Below, piece after piece: positions 1 to 9,790 of a DNA stretch of 30,764 bases; position 1 is the first letter of the stretch; every line of letters begins with the position of its first letter. The stretch lies in the IMG/VR virus record IMGVR_UViG_3300032289_002421, positions 1 to 30,764 of that record, one strand, 5' to 3'. The position numbers and the translations under genes are program-made. This DNA is from a virus. Its lineage: Duplodnaviria; Caudoviricetes. The notes under the pieces are model-generated. The model was not told the origin of the DNA. It made no database searches and was given only the letters and a program-made list of their open reading frames with translations.

Positions 1-2
1 CT

Positions 3-1532
3 TGATGTTGACAATGCAAACTCACCGCCTGCCGCGGTGTTGTAAGAATTGCTGGATGCTGCCGTGTAGCGGCGAACGGGAATCAGAGCTGCTTGTGCTG
101 TGGTTTCGTCGCCTGTGGAACTTGTGCGTCCGGGGTTTGTCACTTGAATATAACTTGACGCTTTTGATGTGATGATAAATCTGCCATTATTTGCGGCAGT
201 GGCAAACCCCGTTATATCAACATACATCCCGACAATAAAATCAACTGTTGAGCTTGTCGTATAACGGACTGTTGTCCCGCTTTGCCATAATGCTGTTGTG
301 CTTAAGTTATTGTTATTGGTTTGCAGTATATCAACGTAATCACCATTGGTGAACGTTGAAGCGCTTGAGCGAATCAAAGACACATCAAGCGTGTAATTAC
401 TTGTGGTATTTGCAATAAATAAATGATTTTTAAATAATGCAATATCTAAACCAACAGGCGGCGGAAAGTTTGCTTCAGTCTCGCCCTCGCCTGTGTTTGG
501 GTTTGTATACAAATAGGTGCTTTTAAATAAATCATCGACTGTGTCTGTGTAATTGATATAGCCCGTTGCAAGCTGTCCACTTGTGACGTTTGCTTCATAA
601 ATAAGTTGTAGCGTGCTCTCATCAGGTGCCACGTCGTTATTGATTGACGCGTTGCTCCGGTACACGCGATATAAAAACGCCGTTGAGTTTACATCTGCGG
701 GTATTGTAAATTCTAATTGTGGTTGAATGCGTTTCCCAAATTTTAACGCTGTTGAGTTTGCTGTTGCTGTCAGCACAGCTGCGGTACTAATTGTAAACGT
801 GTTGGTTGTATAACCCGTTACAACGTACTCACCATCAGGCACGGGAATAGTGCCATTTGCGTTTTTAATTGTGACGAAATCATTGGTCACAAGTCCATGC
901 GCGGCATACGTTACGGTCACGTTTGAAGTTGCAATTGAGATTGACGTTGCCGTAATTAATAAATTCGCTGTTTGGGTAAATTCAGATGGCGCACCTAAAA
1001 TTAAATTTTGATTAACATCTTTTCTGCCAAATAAAACCCGATACCCAATTTGTGTATCCGGTGCGTGGATTCCGGTATTGACAGCATAACTTGAGCCGGA
1101 ACCCAACGGCAAGTACAACAAGTCAGGCGCTTTATTCACACCTGCTTTTAATAATGAGGACGTTGTGTCTTCAAGTTTTATAATAAAATTATTGCTTGGA
1201 ATAAATAAGTTCCCGCCTGCCTGTGCCGAACGCGGTAAACTAATTGTAAATGTTTGGCCAAGCAAAGTTGTAATCGACTGAAAATCGCCCGCAATTGTCT
1301 GATCGATTCGTGAAATTGTCGTGCGCGATGTGAGAATTAATTTATTCTTGTAATCAATAATATCAACAGGACTTGGGGGCGGTGAACTTAAAAATGTGGC
1401 GTAACCATTTCTTTTTTGGATGATATCATCTTGTGCAAAGATGATGTTTTCTGCAATTTCTAAGAAGCCCTGCGCGCTATCTTGAAAGCTATTTTGTTGT
1501 AAATTTAAACCTTTAAATTGTGTAATTTGCAT
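3..1532 (-). CDS. Large tail/nozzle (P22 gp10-like DNA stabilisation) protein, 3'-partial (runs off window start)
   Basis: Not in the ORF track because no stop lies in the window. Manual translation from ATG at 1532 gives MQITQFKGLNLQQNSFQDSAQGFLEIAENIIFAQDDIIQKRNG...ANFPPPVGLDIALFKNHLFIANT..., open to the window edge (~510 codons). The N-terminal FKGLN...ENI...KRNG pattern and the position after the adaptor gene fit podovirus nozzle proteins. Confidence 0.75.
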   Translation of the reverse strand, partial: MQITQFKGLNLQQNSFQDSAQGFLEIAENIIFAQDDIIQKRNGYATFLSSPPPSPVDIIDYKNKLILTSRTTISRIDQTIAGDFQSITTLLGQTFTISLPRSAQAGGNLFIPSNNFIIKLEDTTSSLLKAGVNKAPDLLYLPLGSGSSYAVNTGIHAPDTQIGYRVLFGRKDVNQNLILGAPSEFTQTANLLITATSISIATSNVTVTYAAHGLVTNDFVTIKNANGTIPVPDGEYVVTGYTTNTFTISTAAVLTATANSTALKFGKRIQPQLEFTIPADVNSTAFLYRVYRSNASINNDVAPDESTLQLIYEANVTSGQLATGYINYTDTVDDLFKSTYLYTNPNTGEGETEANFPPPVGLDIALFKNHLFIANTTSNYTLDVSLIRSSASTFTNGDYVDILQTNNNNLSTTALWQSGTTVRYTTSSTVDFIVGMYVDITGFATAANNGRFIITSKASSYIQVTNPGRTSSTGDETTAQAALIPVRRYTAASSNSYNTAAGGEFALSTS

Positions 1533-1541
1533 TTACAACCT

Positions 1542-2495
1542 TTAAGAAATTGTAATGTTCGGTAAAACTTTTCTACGCATTCTGCGATTTAAAAATCCGT
1601 TGCGGTTGATAATAATCTTAGGCTCACCTGTAATTCTTGGCGTTAAAATATTTTCCATAATTCGGCGCAACTCATTAAGTTGTGGTTTAAACGCCGTGTA
1701 CGCTTGCAAGTCTTTTTGTGCTTCAATTATTTTTAATTCAATCGCTTTTGATAAGTATTTATAACACTCATCCGGCAATAAAAGCGTGTCAGTTTGACCT
1801 GCAAGTGTCACACGATCACCTGCTACCAATTCATCCGGAATATCGGATGGATTGAATGATAAGACTTGATCGTTGACGCCGAGAATTTGTTTATCAAATG
1901 ATAAAATACGCGGATTGCACCGTGGGTTTGCTTGAATAAAGTCACAATAAACCGAAGCAGAAAACGTCGAGGGCGGTAAACTTGTGAGTGTCACATCTCC
2001 TGCTTCTAAATCTACAGATTGCACAACAGCGACAGCAGAACTCAATACCAAACTATTATGCTGAATGGGATATGTGAAATTTAAATACCCATAATTTGAA
2101 TTTGGAGTTGGCACTAAATTAACAGTGTTACTTGAAAAATAAAAGCCCAATGGATTTCCTGGTGTCGTAATTTGCACGCCGTATGTATAATCATACAATC
2201 TTAAATCACGCGTGAGTGTTGGGTTTAATAAATCATCTTGAAAAAATAATTCCCGCAACTGTCCGCCAATCGCACGATAAGGCATCGTATAAGATTTTTT
2301 ATTCGCGACGACTTGTTGCACTTCTGTGTAAAGAAGTCTGTCACTATGCAATCGTAAAATCATGGGAATAATGACGTCTTGGATTTCTTCGTCAGCCATT
2401 GCGAGTAAATCCGTGTCATCAAAACGAAATGATGACGCAGCAATTGTTTGGTTGCGTTTGATAGATGCTAACAATTCCGCAGTTGAGTAACTCAT
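1542..2495 (-). CDS. Putative head-tail adaptor / tail tubular protein A-like
   Basis: 317 aa. The helical N-terminus (TAELLASIKR...DTDLLAMADEEIQ), the 'SYTMPYRAIG' segment and the position directly before the nozzle-like gene fit an adaptor. Confidence 0.6.
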   Translation of the reverse strand: MSYSTAELLASIKRNQTIAASSFRFDDTDLLAMADEEIQDVIIPMILRLHSDRLLYTEVQQVVANKKSYTMPYRAIGGQLRELFFQDDLLNPTLTRDLRLYDYTYGVQITTPGNPLGFYFSSNTVNLVPTPNSNYGYLNFTYPIQHNSLVLSSAVAVVQSVDLEAGDVTLTSLPPSTFSASVYCDFIQANPRCNPRILSFDKQILGVNDQVLSFNPSDIPDELVAGDRVTLAGQTDTLLLPDECYKYLSKAIELKIIEAQKDLQAYTAFKPQLNELRRIMENILTPRITGEPKIIINRNGFLNRRMRRKVLPNITIS

Positions 2496-2812
2496 TTTTT
2501 CCCTACAACAAATGGCGTTTTATTGTCAGACTTTTTCTTTGGCGCCATGGTGATTTGAGTTTTTGAGACAATCATTTGATTTTTCTTTGGCGCAACTTTT
2601 TTCTCGTTTTCAGATTGCAACCATTTTTCAAAAATTGATGGAACTTTTGGTTCTTCCATCTCATTTTCTTCTTTATCTTCTTTTGCATCTTCTAATGCTT
2701 CTTCGATTGCCGCAACAGGTTTTACAGCTTTAGAGCCAAAACCTTGCGCCATTTTTGCGTGCATCGAATCAATTAATTTTTCTAGTATTTTTTCTGTCGC
2801 ATCCGCTGCCAT
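2492..2812 (-). CDS. Hypothetical small charged virion-module protein
   Basis: 106 aa with an acidic centre (EEALEDAKEDKEENEMEE). Start and stop overlap the neighbouring genes in the operon. Confidence 0.65.
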   Translation of the reverse strand: MAADATEKILEKLIDSMHAKMAQGFGSKAVKPVAAIEEALEDAKEDKEENEMEEPKVPSIFEKWLQSENEKKVAPKKNQMIVSKTQITMAPKKKSDNKTPFVVGKK

Positions 2813-3342
2813 TATACATAACCCTCAATTAAAATGTTGACAGAGCCATTATCAAAAGTATCTGTGCTTGTAGTCGTAATTCTCAAGCGATCAACTGTTG
2901 CGGCCGTAGTTTTAACTCCAGAATTAATCGTCATTTGTGAAGTGGTTTGTCTTGTAACGCCATTTGAAACCCATAAATTTGATCCAAGCGTGATTATTGC
3001 TAAATGGCCAGTTGTATTTGTAGTGGAGTTATTACTAAATATTACAAACCCATTTGTTGCACTTGTACCTGTTGTCGACGACGCCGTAGTTATGTAAACT
3101 GTTGTCGACAAGTAACCGGTTGTTTCATAACCTGACGTTGTTCCTAATTGAATTAAAAGTTGCGCAGAGGCACTTAAAGAAACTTCATTAAATATAATTG
3201 TGATTTTTTTTGCCCAACTTGGTATGCCAGTAAAATCTATTGACGTCCCACTTGTTGTTGCTTTTGCTGTTTCAAGAAACATCAAACTATTTTTAATTCC
3301 GTCTAATGCAGAACCTGTATTGCCGCTTAAAACTAACGTCAT
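2812..3342 (-). CDS. Tail-tip/fibre-associated protein (paralog of 4405..4989)
   Basis: 176 aa, Thr/Ser/Gly-rich. Shares ATTSGT, IPSWAKKIT, DRLRITT and TFDxGSVNILIEG with 4405..4989. Confidence 0.65.
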   Translation of the reverse strand: MTLVLSGNTGSALDGIKNSLMFLETAKATTSGTSIDFTGIPSWAKKITIIFNEVSLSASAQLLIQLGTTSGYETTGYLSTTVYITTASSTTGTSATNGFVIFSNNSTTNTTGHLAIITLGSNLWVSNGVTRQTTSQMTINSGVKTTAATVDRLRITTTSTDTFDNGSVNILIEGYV

Positions 3343-3911
3343 TAGTCAATCCTCACAATTAAATTTCCTAACGGTATTTTGACTTCTGATTCCGGGGCAA
3401 CAGGATCCGGAGGTTTTGGTAGGATTGGGTCAGTTGGTAAAACTGGTTCATCAGGCACAACGGGGACTACAGGAATAATTGGTTCAGGAGGTTTTGGTTT
3501 TTCTGCTTTCAATTCTTTTAATTCGTCTAGTGTTGTTGCATCATCTGCAAGTTTTGTAATATCACGCAAACGCTTTTTTTCTTTGATAATTTCTGTTGTA
3601 TCACCATTAACTTCTAATGCTTTTAAATATTCCACATCTTGTGCCGCAAGTAATGGTTTGCGTTCTTCACGTAATCGTTGTTTCGTTATTTTTTTCGCTT
3701 TGTCAAAATTAATGTCGATTTTTTCTTGCACATGTTCCCACGCACTGCGGAATTCGCGGTCGTGTGGGAGTTCTGACACATCAACAATTTTATAATCAGT
3801 ATTCGGCGGCACATCTTTAGCAGCGATTTGTTCTATTGTTAACTCGCTGTCAGGTGAGGGAATTATGACTGAAATTCCGCCGTCGTTATTTTGATATACA
3901 ATACGTTTCAT
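3342..3911 (-). CDS. Putative tail fibre assembly/chaperone-like protein with Pro-rich C-terminal tail
   Basis: 189 aa. KRIVYQNNDGGISVIIP...DREFRSAW...RLREERKPLLAAQDVEY...KKRLRDIT resembles tail-assembly proteins found between fibre genes. Confidence 0.6.
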   Translation of the reverse strand: MKRIVYQNNDGGISVIIPSPDSELTIEQIAAKDVPPNTDYKIVDVSELPHDREFRSAWEHVQEKIDINFDKAKKITKQRLREERKPLLAAQDVEYLKALEVNGDTTEIIKEKKRLRDITKLADDATTLDELKELKAEKPKPPEPIIPVVPVVPDEPVLPTDPILPKPPDPVAPESEVKIPLGNLIVRID

Positions 3912-3919
3912 GATTTCCC

Positions 3920-4405
3920 CTAACGGAAAATAGCCACTAAAATTTGGTCATGATCAACCAGAGAACCTCCCGCAGAAGTCGAACTCACAAAACCAACAGT
4001 AATTTGTGCGGTTGTTGTTGTTTTTGTATTACTCGTCGATGCATTTTTAGCACCACATATAGCATAATTAGTACCAGTATATCCGCCTATACATGTTCCA
4101 ATTATTGTATAATTTGTATCAACCATAGCATTAGTAAAGTTAACGGTGTAGTCACCAACTCCATTATCAGTAATACTCGACACATTCCCACTTGCACGAA
4201 TTGCAACCGTGCCCGTACCATTAAAATTTACCCACGCACGACATCCATAAGCCGTTGCTACGGATCCATACCCGGAATTGAATTGCAAATTTCCGGAATT
4301 CACAGACAGGGCATCTGTTCCGTTATTTCGTAACGTAACGATTCCCGATGTGTCGGATGCAATTTCTAAACCCGTTGTGGTTGAAGCATTGAGTGTAACA
4401 GCCAT
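3920..4405 (-). CDS. Tail fibre-associated protein
   Basis: 161 aa. Contains RAWVNFNGTGTVAIRASGNVSSITDNGVGDYTVNFT, a beta-rich motif common at phage tail fibre tips. Confidence 0.7.
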   Translation of the reverse strand: MAVTLNASTTTGLEIASDTSGIVTLRNNGTDALSVNSGNLQFNSGYGSVATAYGCRAWVNFNGTGTVAIRASGNVSSITDNGVGDYTVNFTNAMVDTNYTIIGTCIGGYTGTNYAICGAKNASTSNTKTTTTAQITVGFVSSTSAGGSLVDHDQILVAIFR

Positions 4406-4989
4406 CAGTTGCCCTCAATTAAAATGTTGACAGATCCTGCATCGAATGTTGCGGTACCGCTAACTGTTGTAATTCGTAATCGGTCAATAATTGCAGTAGT
4501 AGTTTTACTACCCCCTCCTACCATAAAAGCATTTCCTATCCCAATATCAAACCCTGAATGTGAGCAGATATACGTTGAGCCACTAATCAAATTAATTAAA
4601 ACATTGGCCGTAAAAGTAGTAGCCGCGTTGTTATTATTAATAATAAACCCCGCCGTTGAGGTAATAGTATTCGTACCAGATCCCGAAGAATAGCCTGCCC
4701 CGCTTGAATACCCAGTGTTTTCTATGCTTCCAAATCCAATCTGAATTAGCATAGCTGATGCTGTTGCTGCGGTTGAAGTATTATTAAAAATCACAGTAAT
4801 TTTTTTTGCCCACGATGGGATATTTAAAAAATCTTTAAAAGTACCGCTAGTAGTTGCTTGAGATGTTTCTAGTTTTAATAATTGAATTGTCCCTGTTGCA
4901 GCTGGCAATTCTAAATTATTTGTCCCAGCAATTGCGGGCGTGTCTAGTGTGACCTGTCCGCTTGTTGCACCTTTTAAAATTATTGGCAT
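4405..4989 (-). CDS. Tail-tip/fibre-associated protein (paralog of 2812..3342)
   Basis: 194 aa. N-terminal LKGATSGQVTLDTPAIAGTNNLELPAATGT fibre motif; C-terminal domain homologous to 2812..3342. Confidence 0.65.
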   Translation of the reverse strand: MPIILKGATSGQVTLDTPAIAGTNNLELPAATGTIQLLKLETSQATTSGTFKDFLNIPSWAKKITVIFNNTSTAATASAMLIQIGFGSIENTGYSSGAGYSSGSGTNTITSTAGFIINNNNAATTFTANVLINLISGSTYICSHSGFDIGIGNAFMVGGGSKTTTAIIDRLRITTVSGTATFDAGSVNILIEGN

Positions 4990-4996
4990 AAATTCC

Positions 4997-6460
4997 TCAC
5001 AAAATAACCCAACGAGAATTGCTTGGGACAGTAACAGTAATCCCAGAATTAATCGTAATTGTTCCTGTGCTCATTGCGTTGTTATTTGTTGTGATAGTAT
5101 AATTTGTCGTGACAGTTTGGCCATTTTCGTAAAATATTGCATCACTGGCACCTCCTGTCGCACCGCCAATTGATGAAAGACTTGTGCCGTTATCGACAAA
5201 TAATCTTTTCGCATCCGAGGCAAAAAGAATGGTGCCTTCTTTGCGCGTCAGACTATTTAACGTTGATAGCGATGCCTTGGGTGTTGTGATGCGTGAGGTG
5301 TCCGATGCGGTGCCGCCATCAATATCTTTATTTGTAATTGTTTGCGAAGTTGTTGTTCCCACAGCAGTAAAATTTGCATCGGGTAACGTAACAGTCCGCG
5401 TTGTACCTGTTGTAATTCCTGCAACGTTAAATGTTAATTTTTTTGTTGGATCTGAATTATCCGTGATAAATGTTGTGGATGATTCTAATGATTTATTTTG
5501 TAATGTTTCAGAATTCGAACGCCCCACAAGTGTGACTGTTGCATCGGGAAGTGTGAATGTTCTTGCGGTTGCTGTGCTGATTTGTGACGCGTCAAATTTA
5601 GCGACTTTTGTTGAGTCAGATTGATTCACAATAGCCGTAGTGCTGTCAAATAAGAGTTTGTTTGATAATAATTGCGTCGCCGTTGTGCCGACAAGTGTTG
5701 AGTCGGAATCAGGAAATGCAAACGTGCGCGTGGTTGCAGTTGTAATTCCGCTCACATCAAATGTAATTTTTTTTGAATTGTCCGCGTTACTGATGACAAA
5801 TGTGGAATTATCAACCAAAGATTTGTTTGATAGTGTTTGGGTTGTTGCTGTTCCAACAATTGTCAAGTCAGCATCGGGAAATGATACAACGCGCGTAGTG
5901 GCGGTTGTCAGACCATTTAATTGAAATTGAATTTTTTTAGTGTTGTCTGCATTATTGATAAAATAATTGGCGTTATCAACAAGTGATTTATTTGTGAGAG
6001 TGTCCGCAGAGGATGCCGTAATCGGTACATCACCGCTTGCAACTGTGTTACTAATAAACTTCCAATCGCCTTGATAAAAAGCAATAATTATCTTCTGTTT
6101 ATTATTATTAATAACAAAAGAAGAATCACCGTTGATAGTGTTAGTTCCATTAGGAATAAGTGTAATATTATGAGTTGCGGCGTTTCCTGACTCATCACCA
6201 ATAAAAAAGATTTGATTTGCAACACCTGCTGGTAAATTCACAGTTGCAGCGCCTGCGTAATTAATCCCCACAACACAATCTGTCGCAGCACTCACAACTG
6301 TAGTCGCAACTGTTGAAATTCGAGTTGCTAGAAATTGTTTATTTGTTGTTTGCGCATTGCTTGCTAAATCAACGAGAAAATCTGTAAGCGACATCCAACC
6401 CGTTTCGCCTGATTCAGGAATACTATAATTTGTATTGTTCCAGGTGCGTTGTATGCTCAT
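4997..6460 (-). CDS. Tail fibre protein with four 55-aa repeats
   Basis: 487 aa, Thr-rich, with TLxNK-initiated repeats and a C-terminal FYENGQTVTTNYTIT...TVTVPSNSRWVIL fibre motif. Confidence 0.8.
   Translation of the reverse strand: MSIQRTWNNTNYSIPESGETGWMSLTDFLVDLASNAQTTNKQFLATRISTVATTVVSAATDCVVGINYAGAATVNLPAGVANQIFFIGDESGNAATHNITLIPNGTNTINGDSSFVINNNKQKIIIAFYQGDWKFISNTVASGDVPITASSADTLTNKSLVDNANYFINNADNTKKIQFQLNGLTTATTRVVSFPDADLTIVGTATTQTLSNKSLVDNSTFVISNADNSKKITFDVSGITTATTRTFAFPDSDSTLVGTTATQLLSNKLLFDSTTAIVNQSDSTKVAKFDASQISTATARTFTLPDATVTLVGRSNSETLQNKSLESSTTFITDNSDPTKKLTFNVAGITTGTTRTVTLPDANFTAVGTTTSQTITNKDIDGGTASDTSRITTPKASLSTLNSLTRKEGTILFASDAKRLFVDNGTSLSSIGGATGGASDAIFYENGQTVTTNYTITTNNNAMSTGTITINSGITVTVPSNSRWVIL
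5342..6001 (-). repeat. Four tandem 55-codon (165 bp) repeats within the tail fibre gene
   Basis: Units begin TLTNKSLVDN / TLSNKSLVDN / LLSNKLLFDS / TLQNKSLESS. Each contains a D-x-[ST]-K segment and T-x-T-x-R-x(4)-P-D...VG. Confidence 0.9.
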
Positions 6461-6858
6461 TTAGTTATTCCTTTTATTTTTTCAAAAGTTCTTAGGCCGC
6501 CAAGGCCAAGCATACCTAAAAGTACTGGCAAAATCTCATCAATTTTAAACACGGGCAATGCTGTAATTTGTTTATCAAACAAAGTTAAGATAAAAATAAA
6601 TAACGGTTGAAGTAAATAGTTATATCCAAAAATTAAACCACAAATCCACATGATACAAGGACGTGCTCCACTGATAAACACGTTGTCACTTGTAGCTTGT
6701 GCTTGGTTAATTTCCATTTGTTTAAAATCCGCTTCTTGAGCAAGTTTTATAAGTTCCGCCTGGGCTTTTTGCGCGTCTTCAGCGTTTGGAAATATTTTGT
6801 CAATAACGGTTGAGATAAGCGGGAAAAGTACAGGCGGCAGACTCATGATAGACCTCAA
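6457..6858 (-). CDS. Holin, GTA-type 3-TM family
   Basis: 133 aa with VIDKIFP, SGARPCIMWICG and LLGMLGLGGLRTFEKIKG, the signature motifs of the 'holin of 3TMs for gene-transfer release' family. Confidence 0.85.
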   Translation of the reverse strand: MRSIMSLPPVLFPLISTVIDKIFPNAEDAQKAQAELIKLAQEADFKQMEINQAQATSDNVFISGARPCIMWICGLIFGYNYLLQPLFIFILTLFDKQITALPVFKIDEILPVLLGMLGLGGLRTFEKIKGITK

Positions 6859-6860
6859 AA

Positions 6861-8207
6861 TTAAGAAGCGGCTTCGTCATTAATTCCTTCCAACAATCCG
6901 TTTTTTGCTGGGGAACGGCAGAACATATAAACATCACCGTAAGTATGGAACACATACGCACCTTGGTCTTGAAGTTGAAAGATTAGTTTTTCTTCGGGCA
7001 TACCCTCAATTTGTGTTGCAATATCCTGTGAACCGCTGCACATCCACTCGTCAGTTTTCAGTAACAGACTATCACCTTCCATAATGTAACGATGACCGAT
7101 AATCTCAAGGTCACCCTCTGCATATGCAAAGCGAATGGCTTTACCGCCATTGACAATTTCTGATTTATTGTACGAGTAGTCATACTGACGCGCTGCCAGT
7201 TCGCTTGCCACAATGTTATGAAATGTGCGTGGGTTTACATACACTTTTAAATCACCGGAAAGGCCGCCAGCATTGACCATGTCAGCAACAAATGATTCTA
7301 ATTTTGCAAATGTAAGCTTGCCAGTGATAGTGCCAACATTTCCTTTCCACAATGGGTACGTTGCGGCGTTGATATTAAAAAGTGTGCCGGTATTTTTGAG
7401 AATCTTTTTTATGCCTACCATCTCATTTGACACTTCCATTCCCTCAAATGCGAGAATGTGAGAGCCTGAACTTGAGGCAGCGACTGGTGTAAAGTCAACT
7501 TTTAAAATTCCAAGTGCAGAATCAGCACTAATGAGTTTTCCTTCTGCGACAACGCTTAAGTTTGAAGCGAGGAGTTGCTTGACTTTGACACCTTGCATAC
7601 CAACCCAAATACCGGATGCAAAATCTCCTGCATTTAATAAAATGTAATTATTGCCACTGCTGCTCAAAACTCCTGCGGTAAATGTAAGCGAGCCGTAAAG
7701 GGAACTGGTCAAAGTTCCGCCACCATTTGTAAATGATGCCCCGCGGTAAGTTGCTGTCATATAAGCAACGCGGCCAAGAAGTTTGGTGGTGTTTTGTCCG
7801 TGAATTTTGACAATTTCTTGAAAGCGTTTATGCGACAGCATATTGTTTCTGACAACGTGTTTCGTTGCTTCAACAAACGCTGCGTCATTGCCAAGCGACC
7901 TACTAATTGATTGCCAAGGAATGACAGAACGTAACACAGAAATTGACGGCGAAATTTCACTTTGACGGATTGCACCGGCGATTGCTGGGTTGATATTAAA
8001 CACCTCACCGCCAGAACCCGCAAATGTGATCCCAACTTCGGAACCCAGCACGATGGCTTCAATATATTTATCACCCACACGGCCTTTTTTTGTGTAAGCA
8101 ACTTCTTTGTTGATTAATAAATCGTCCATCGGCAATGCGGAAGTGTTCATTTGCCCATAGACGTCTTTAAAGATTTTAATGACTGACGAGCTACTTGTTT
8201 GTGACAT
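6861..8207 (-). CDS. Major capsid protein (HK97 fold, P22-coat-like)
   Basis: 448 aa following the scaffold and decoration genes. FKDVYG, GITFAG, LFNINAATYPLWK and VYVNPRTF segments fit this coat class. Confidence 0.8.
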   Translation of the reverse strand: MSQTSSSSVIKIFKDVYGQMNTSALPMDDLLINKEVAYTKKGRVGDKYIEAIVLGSEVGITFAGSGGEVFNINPAIAGAIRQSEISPSISVLRSVIPWQSISRSLGNDAAFVEATKHVVRNNMLSHKRFQEIVKIHGQNTTKLLGRVAYMTATYRGASFTNGGGTLTSSLYGSLTFTAGVLSSSGNNYILLNAGDFASGIWVGMQGVKVKQLLASNLSVVAEGKLISADSALGILKVDFTPVAASSSGSHILAFEGMEVSNEMVGIKKILKNTGTLFNINAATYPLWKGNVGTITGKLTFAKLESFVADMVNAGGLSGDLKVYVNPRTFHNIVASELAARQYDYSYNKSEIVNGGKAIRFAYAEGDLEIIGHRYIMEGDSLLLKTDEWMCSGSQDIATQIEGMPEEKLIFQLQDQGAYVFHTYGDVYMFCRSPAKNGLLEGINDEAAS

Positions 8208-8220
8208 AATTTAATCCTTT

Positions 8221-8730
8221 TTAAGCTTGTATAAAGTCAATTGTGATGAGGATGATACCAGCGGTAACGGAATCCAAGTTGCCCGCTGAAAAGCGCCCGT
8301 AAATGTTTCCTGCTGGTGACACAGAAATTTTCGATGTGGCAGCATCGGGCAGTGTTGTTGTTGCAACACCCTCACCGACGACGTATGCAATTGAGTTTGC
8401 GGGTGTTCCGCCTGTTGTTTGGATGGTTTCGATTCGTGCACCGAGAACAGCTTTTGCGCTGTTGTGTGCAATAATAAAGCCAAAATAATTCGAGCCCATC
8501 GCAGTTGAACCAAAACTTGTTGCAACAACGACATCATTTGCTGTGCCAAGCATATTGTCTGTTGCTGTCTGATTAAAATCTCCGGTGTCAAATCCAAACA
8601 GCACCGGTGCACCCTGTAATGCAATTTGCGCAGCGGTTTTTGCTGCAGAGATTGTGAATTTTAAAGTGAGTGTGTCCACTTGCGATTTTTGCAAGCGCTC
8701 GTCAGGTATGACTTTAGTGTGTGTAGCCAT
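8221..8730 (-). CDS. Putative capsid decoration/cement protein
   Basis: 169 aa, Ala/Thr/Gly-rich, beta-strand-like, lying between scaffold and capsid. The call is positional inference. Confidence 0.5.
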   Translation of the reverse strand: MATHTKVIPDERLQKSQVDTLTLKFTISAAKTAAQIALQGAPVLFGFDTGDFNQTATDNMLGTANDVVVATSFGSTAMGSNYFGFIIAHNSAKAVLGARIETIQTTGGTPANSIAYVVGEGVATTTLPDAATSKISVSPAGNIYGRFSAGNLDSVTAGIILITIDFIQA

Positions 8731-9548
8731 TAATAACCTCGTTTAAAAAATTGTTCTAAATTTGATGATACTTTTTCAGATTTTGGCGGAGTTTTTGTTT
8801 TCAATGATGGTATTTTTGCGCCTTGTTTTTTAGCTAAATACGTCTCAACAAATTTCTCTGCGTATTTTTCTGGGAGGAGTTCTAAAAACTTTTCCGGGTT
8901 TTGCTCTGTCCACGCGGCAAGTCGATTTTGAAACGAATTTTTACTACGTGTCAGTGCATCTTTTACCGGCAATCGTTGTTTGCTTGCTTTGTATTCTGCA
9001 AGCATTTGTTCTGCAACATCAGCGATCATTTCAACCGTGGGTTTTGTGATTCCCATTTCTGCAAAAGTTGCTGCAAACTCGTCATCAAGAGATTTTGCAA
9101 TAATTGCTTCTTGCTGTGCGAGTTGCTGTTGCTTTTGACTTGATTCAAAATCATCACGCCACTTTTTGAGCTCTTTCAATTCTTTGGCTTCCGGGGAAAG
9201 CTGTTGCTCTTCTTGCTGTGCACGGATTCGCTCAAGTAGCCGTGATTCGTAATATTCGTAGGGATTAATGCCGAGTTGCTCTAAAAGCAATTCCGGATTT
9301 TCTTTCACTTGTCCTACAAACTGCTCAATTTGTTTCTTTAACTCTGCTGCTTCCTTAAACCGTTTATCTGCACTAACGCCTTTTTGGTAGTTAGAGATCA
9401 ATTCAGTTTCAGGGACTTCAAGTTCGCTCCCATCCACTTTGACGCGAAACTTTTTAGTTTCGGCAGTGGTTGATGGAGTTTCTGCAACATTATTTTCTGT
9501 AACAACAGACTCTGCCGCTGGTGCTGGGTTAGTATCAGTCATGATCAT
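8730..9548 (-). CDS. Capsid scaffolding protein
   Basis: 272 aa with KFRVKVDGSELEVPETELISNYQKGVSADKRFKEAA, the typical 'KVDGEE.EV...EL...YQ' scaffold motif, followed by coiled coil. The true start may be the ATG at 9542 (AAGGA SD). Confidence 0.85.
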   Translation of the reverse strand: MIMTDTNPAPAAESVVTENNVAETPSTTAETKKFRVKVDGSELEVPETELISNYQKGVSADKRFKEAAELKKQIEQFVGQVKENPELLLEQLGINPYEYYESRLLERIRAQQEEQQLSPEAKELKELKKWRDDFESSQKQQQLAQQEAIIAKSLDDEFAATFAEMGITKPTVEMIADVAEQMLAEYKASKQRLPVKDALTRSKNSFQNRLAAWTEQNPEKFLELLPEKYAEKFVETYLAKKQGAKIPSLKTKTPPKSEKVSSNLEQFFKRGY

Positions 9549-9569
9549 CCTTTTTGTGGGTAGAAATAA

Positions 9570-9598
9570 CTTATACTAACTATTGTTACAAAGCCCAA
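9570..9598 (-). promoter_or_regulatory. Candidate sigma70-like promoter for the structural operon
   Basis: Minus strand TTGGGC-17 bp-TATAAG, about 20 bp upstream of the scaffold gene. Imperfect consensus. Confidence 0.35.
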
Positions 9599-9790
9599 AA
9601 TTTTATTTTCAAAAGATGAGAAAAAGATGACTCGTGGTTTGCTAGTTTTGCACGCGAGCATGCTAGAGATTTGGCGCGCACAGGATAAGCACCAAGGGCG
9701 ATAGGTAGTTAAACCTTGATGCTCAAAAAGCATCTTACTCAATTCTTTATAAAATTCTATTATTATTGATTAATAATTAATTTTCAGCTC

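Noticed and set aside
2812-6460. Diversity-generating retroelement or Gin/Cin-type invertible tail cassette
   Set aside because: No reverse transcriptase and no adenine-specific TR/VR pair were seen. All tail genes share one strand and I found no inverted crossover sites around them.
1555-9143. Antisense and alternative-frame ORFs in the structural region (e.g. 2834..3097, 3379..3795, 5184..5624, 7757..8101, 8211..8624)
   Set aside because: They lie within well-supported genes and have no motifs. They are consistent with shadow ORFs caused by codon bias.
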